The position numbers and the translations under genes are program-made. This document shows, piece by piece, positions 60,259-64,000 of a DNA stretch of 64,000 bases (within the stretch, counting starts at the first letter, position 1; every line of letters begins with the position of its first letter). The stretch is from NCBI RefSeq assembly GCF_009834535.1, contig NC_045696.1:70310001-70374000 (forward strand), read 5' to 3'. The DNA comes from Camelus ferus (lineage: Eukaryota). The notes below the pieces were generated by a model, which was not told the DNA's origin, did not search any database, and saw only the letters and a program-made list of their open reading frames with translations.

Positions 60259-60629
60259 ATTATAATATTTATTTGTTCATTTGTTTTTTCACTCACCCTG
60301 AACATCGCCAAATCACTAAGCACATCATGTTTGTATTCCTTTGGTATTATCTAGAGTAGGTCTTGTTGAGATTCCTGAGGGGGCTCAATAAATAGCATTT
60401 GTCATTCTACACTGAGCTCTGTGCCAGTTGAGAAATAAGACAAGAATAAGTATCTGGGAACCAAAATATCACCCTCTTTCTAATAAAATCTAAATTAGAC
60501 AATGCAGCTTGTATTTGCTGGCAGCTGGGTTCCAAATTCTGAAGCTTAGAATTGGAAGGCTTATTCACCCAGTCATAGCAGCACTGGACTGAGACAAGTA
60601 CCAATGCAGAGACTGTCCTTAGAGAAGTT

Positions 60630-62940
60630 GATAGGTTGTCTTTTTGTTTTGTTGATGGCATAATTGGGTTTTGAAAATTCTTTATATATTCTGGATACTA
60701 GTCCTTTATCAGATACATGATTTGCAAATATTTTCTTCCAACTTGCAGCTTATCTTTTCATTCTCTTAACAGTACTTTTGAAGAGTAGAAGTTTTTAATT
60801 TTGATGAAGTCCAGTTTAACAATTTTTCTTTTGAGTTGTGCTTTGGATGTCATCTAAGAGCGTTCCACAACCCAATGTTATAAAAATTGTCCTATGTTTT
60901 CTTATAGAAATTTTATAGTTTTAAGTTTTACATATATATTTAAGATCTATTTTGAGTTGACTTTTGTATGGGATATCACGTATGGAGTGAATTTCTTTTT
61001 TTTTGGAATATCCAATTGTTTCAGTACATTTGTTGAAAAGACTAGTCTTTCTTTGCTGAGTTGCCTTTTCATCTTTGTCAAAAATTATATGGATGAAAAT
61101 TGTGTAATTATATGTGTATATGGAAGTTATATGTTGTCCATTATATATATATAAAACTGTTTCTGGACTCTCAGTTCTGTTTCATTGATCTAGTTGTGTA
61201 TCTTGATGCCAGTAGTGCAGTCTTCATTACTGTAGCTTTATGGTAAGTCTGGAAAATCAAGTAGTGTTAAACCGCTAACCGTTGTTTTGGCTTATCTAAG
61301 TTCTTTGTGTTTTCATATGACTTTTAGAATCACTTGTCAGTTGCTGAGATTTTGATTGGGATTGTGTTGAATTTATACATCAGTTTGGGACAATTGACAT
61401 CTTATCAATACTGAGTTTTCTAACCCATGAACAAGATATATCTTTCCATGTATTTAGGTCTTCCTTAATTTTTCTCAGCAATATTTTGTATCTTCCAGTG
61501 TACAGGTATAATTAAATTCCATCAGTGTCAAAGCACCATGCTTTGTATGACATGGATTCTTTTATATTTAAATTTATTGAGGCTGGGTTTGTGGCCTAGA
61601 ATATGGTCTGTTTTGGAAAATATTTCATATACACTTGAGAAGAATGTGTATTTTGCCCTTGTTCTATAAAGGTCAGTGAAAATCATGTTGGCATATTGTG
61701 TAGTTTAATTCTGTTCTGTCCTTACTGATTTTCCTTCTGCTTGTTCTCTCACTTTTTGAGAGAAAACTATGGAAATCCTCTGATTATAAATGTTCATTTT
61801 TCTGTTTCTTTTTGCAGTTCTGGCAGTTTTTGCTTCAGATATTTTGAAACTCTTGTTTTTAGGAGCATAAACATTTAAAATTAGGTCTTTGTAATTAATT
61901 AACCCTGTTACCATTGTGAAATGACCTTTTTCAAACCCAAGGTATTATTTTTTGCTTTGAAATCTGTTTTGTCTGATATTAATGTACTCTATAGTTTTCT
62001 TTTGATTAGTGTTAATTTTATTCTTTTACTTCTAACCTATTTGTGTCTTTCTATTTGAAATGCATATTTTTAGACAGCATAGAATTGGGTATTTTTAAAA
62101 AATCCAATTTGATAATTTCTGGCTCTGAATTGGGTGTTTAAACCATTTATGTTTAATGTGACTATTGATGTGCTTATGTTTAAGAGTGTCATCGTGCTAT
62201 ATTTAGTCTCTTTTCTTCCCTTTTTATTCTTTTTCTGCCTCCTTTGAATTAGTTGAGAAATTTGTATGATTCCATTTCATTTCCTTTGTTGACCAATTAG
62301 GCGATTCTTTGTTGTTTTACTGGTTGCTTTAGGGTTTAAAGTATTAAACTTATCATAATCTACTTTCAGTGATATTATGTCATATTACACATAGTATAAG
62401 AGCCTTGTGATAGTGTACTTACATTTTTGCCTTTCTGGGCTTTGTGCTTTGTTGTCATGCGCATTACTTTTATGTAGGTTATAATTCTATAATACATTGG
62501 GGTTTTTTTATTCAAATAGTCATTCATCTTTTAATAAAGTTTAGTAAGAAAAAACTTATATATTTATCCTTGTTGTTTCCATTTCCAGTGTTCCTCATTC
62601 CCTTGTGTAGATCCATATTGCCATCTGGTATCATTTTCCTTCTGCCTGAAGGAGTTCCTTTAATTTTTTTTTTCTTTTTTGTAGCATGGGTCTGTTGGTA
62701 ATGAATTCTTTCACCTTTTGTATGTCTGAAAATATCTTTATTTAGCCTTCACTTTTGAAAGATGTTTTTTCTGGGTATAGAATTCTAGGTTGATAATACT
62801 TAATCAAATGTTCCATTGGTTTATTGCTTGCATTTTTGAACAAGAAATCTGCTGTCATTCCTATATTTGCTCCTCTGTCTTTTCACTCTGGCTACTTTAA
62901 AAAAGATACTTTCTGTTATCACTATTTTCTTTTTTAAAAT
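60630..62940 (-). mobile_element. Decayed L1M (ORF2 fragments toward ORF1)
   Basis: Minus ORF 61705-61914 contains ILNVYAP (L1 EN motif). Typical antisense L1 text throughout. Confidence 0.8.
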
Positions 62941-63159
62941 AATTTCGTGTTTATTGAAACCAATTGTGAAAAAGGTAGGGTTCTAGTTGTATGTCTTTTT
63001 ACATTTTGCATCCTAGTTATTCATTTCTATTGGATTTTATAAAAGTTTCTGGATAAGATTGGAAATTTAAAACTAATGACAGTGGCAAAAGTGTTCTACC
63101 ATAGTGTGAGAAGCTCTGCATTATGAATGAGACTAGATTTTCTTCTGTTTTATTCTGCT

Positions 63160-64000
63160 TATTTAAAAAGTTGAAATAGTTTTCATACCATAAAATTTGC
63201 CCTTTTAAACTGTACAGTCAGTGGGTTTTATTATATTCACAAAGTTATATAACTGTCACCACTGTCTAATTCCAGAATATTTTCATCAGCGCCAAAGAAA
63301 CCCTGTACCCACTGTCAGTCACTGTCCTTGCATTTCCCCCAAGCCACCTCTTCAGACCTAGGCAACCACTAATGTACTTTCTCTTTTTGTAACTATGCCT
63401 GTTCTGACATTTCATATAAACAGAGCCATACAACATGCGCTTTTTGTGTCTGCCTTCTTAGCATGTTTTCAGGATTTATCCATGTTGTAGAATGTATCAT
63501 TATTTTTTTCCTTTTTATGACCTTATAAGATTCCACTGTATGGATTATACCACATTTTGTTTATCCGTTCCTCAGATGAATGTCATTTGGGTTGTTTCTA
63601 CTCTTTGGTTGCTATGATTAATGTTGCTATAAATGTTTGTGTGTAAGTTTTTGTATGGACATAGTCTTTTCCATTCTCTTGGTTATATATCTAGGAATGG
63701 AATTACTAGGTCATGTGATAACTATATTTAATTTTTTGAGAAACTGAAAAGTTGTTTTCCAAAGCAGCTATTCTACTTTACATTTCCACTAGCAATGTAT
63801 CAGGTTCCCAATTTTCCCCATTCTTGCCCACCCTCATAATTGTCTAGCTGTTTTTTAATAGTAGTCTTCCTGGTGGCTGTGAAGTGGTAGCTCATTGTGG
63901 TCCTAATAGCTAATGATGTTGAGCATCTTTTTACATGTTTATTGGCCATTTGTATTTCTTCTTTGGAGAACTGACTGTTCAAATCCTTTGCCCATGTAAA
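63160..64000 (-). mobile_element. L1MB-like 3' end, running off the window
   Basis: Minus [30 protein letters not shown] matches the L1 ORF2 C-terminal region (FSKEDIxxANKHMKKCS). Confidence 0.9.

Larger units (their letters stand above)
25387..64000 (+). other. C3orf70: Intron 1 of C3orf70 (at least 38.6 kb)
   Basis: GTAAGT donor. No ORF in the track matches the expected exon-2 peptide. The long L1 copies are antisense, as usual for introns. Confidence 0.8.

Noticed and set aside
1..64000. CRISPR arrays, operons or other prokaryotic systems
   Set aside because: The sequence is eukaryotic and no repeat-spacer arrays were seen.

Overview
Mammalian genomic DNA, most likely camelid, judged from three vic-1-like tRNA-derived SINEs. 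The only protein-coding sequence I can support is coding exon 1 of C3orf70 (UPF0524; + strand, ATG 25191, phase-1 donor after 25386), which lies in a CpG-island promoter (~24.3-25.6 kb). Bases 1-24 kb are upstream intergenic DNA. From 25387 to the window end is intron 1, and exon 2 was not found. Much of the rest is interspersed repeats: L1, L2, L3/CR1, MIR, MLT1/MLT2 and ERV1 LTRs, and Tigger/hAT DNA transposons, many with readable target-site duplications (TSDs). Most long ORFs in the track are GC-rich, CA-repeat or TE artefacts. Best leads: (i) a TE-poor, exon-like antisense block at 44.9-47.6 kb; (ii) a strong sense branch-point/polypyrimidine acceptor at 44903 that would truncate C3orf70; (iii) an L2 3' end apparently re-inserted by L1, with a perfect 15-bp TSD; (iv) two MER41-like solo LTRs carrying GAS/YY1 motifs. 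Repeat family names come from recalled consensus sequences. Boundaries without TSDs are approximate.
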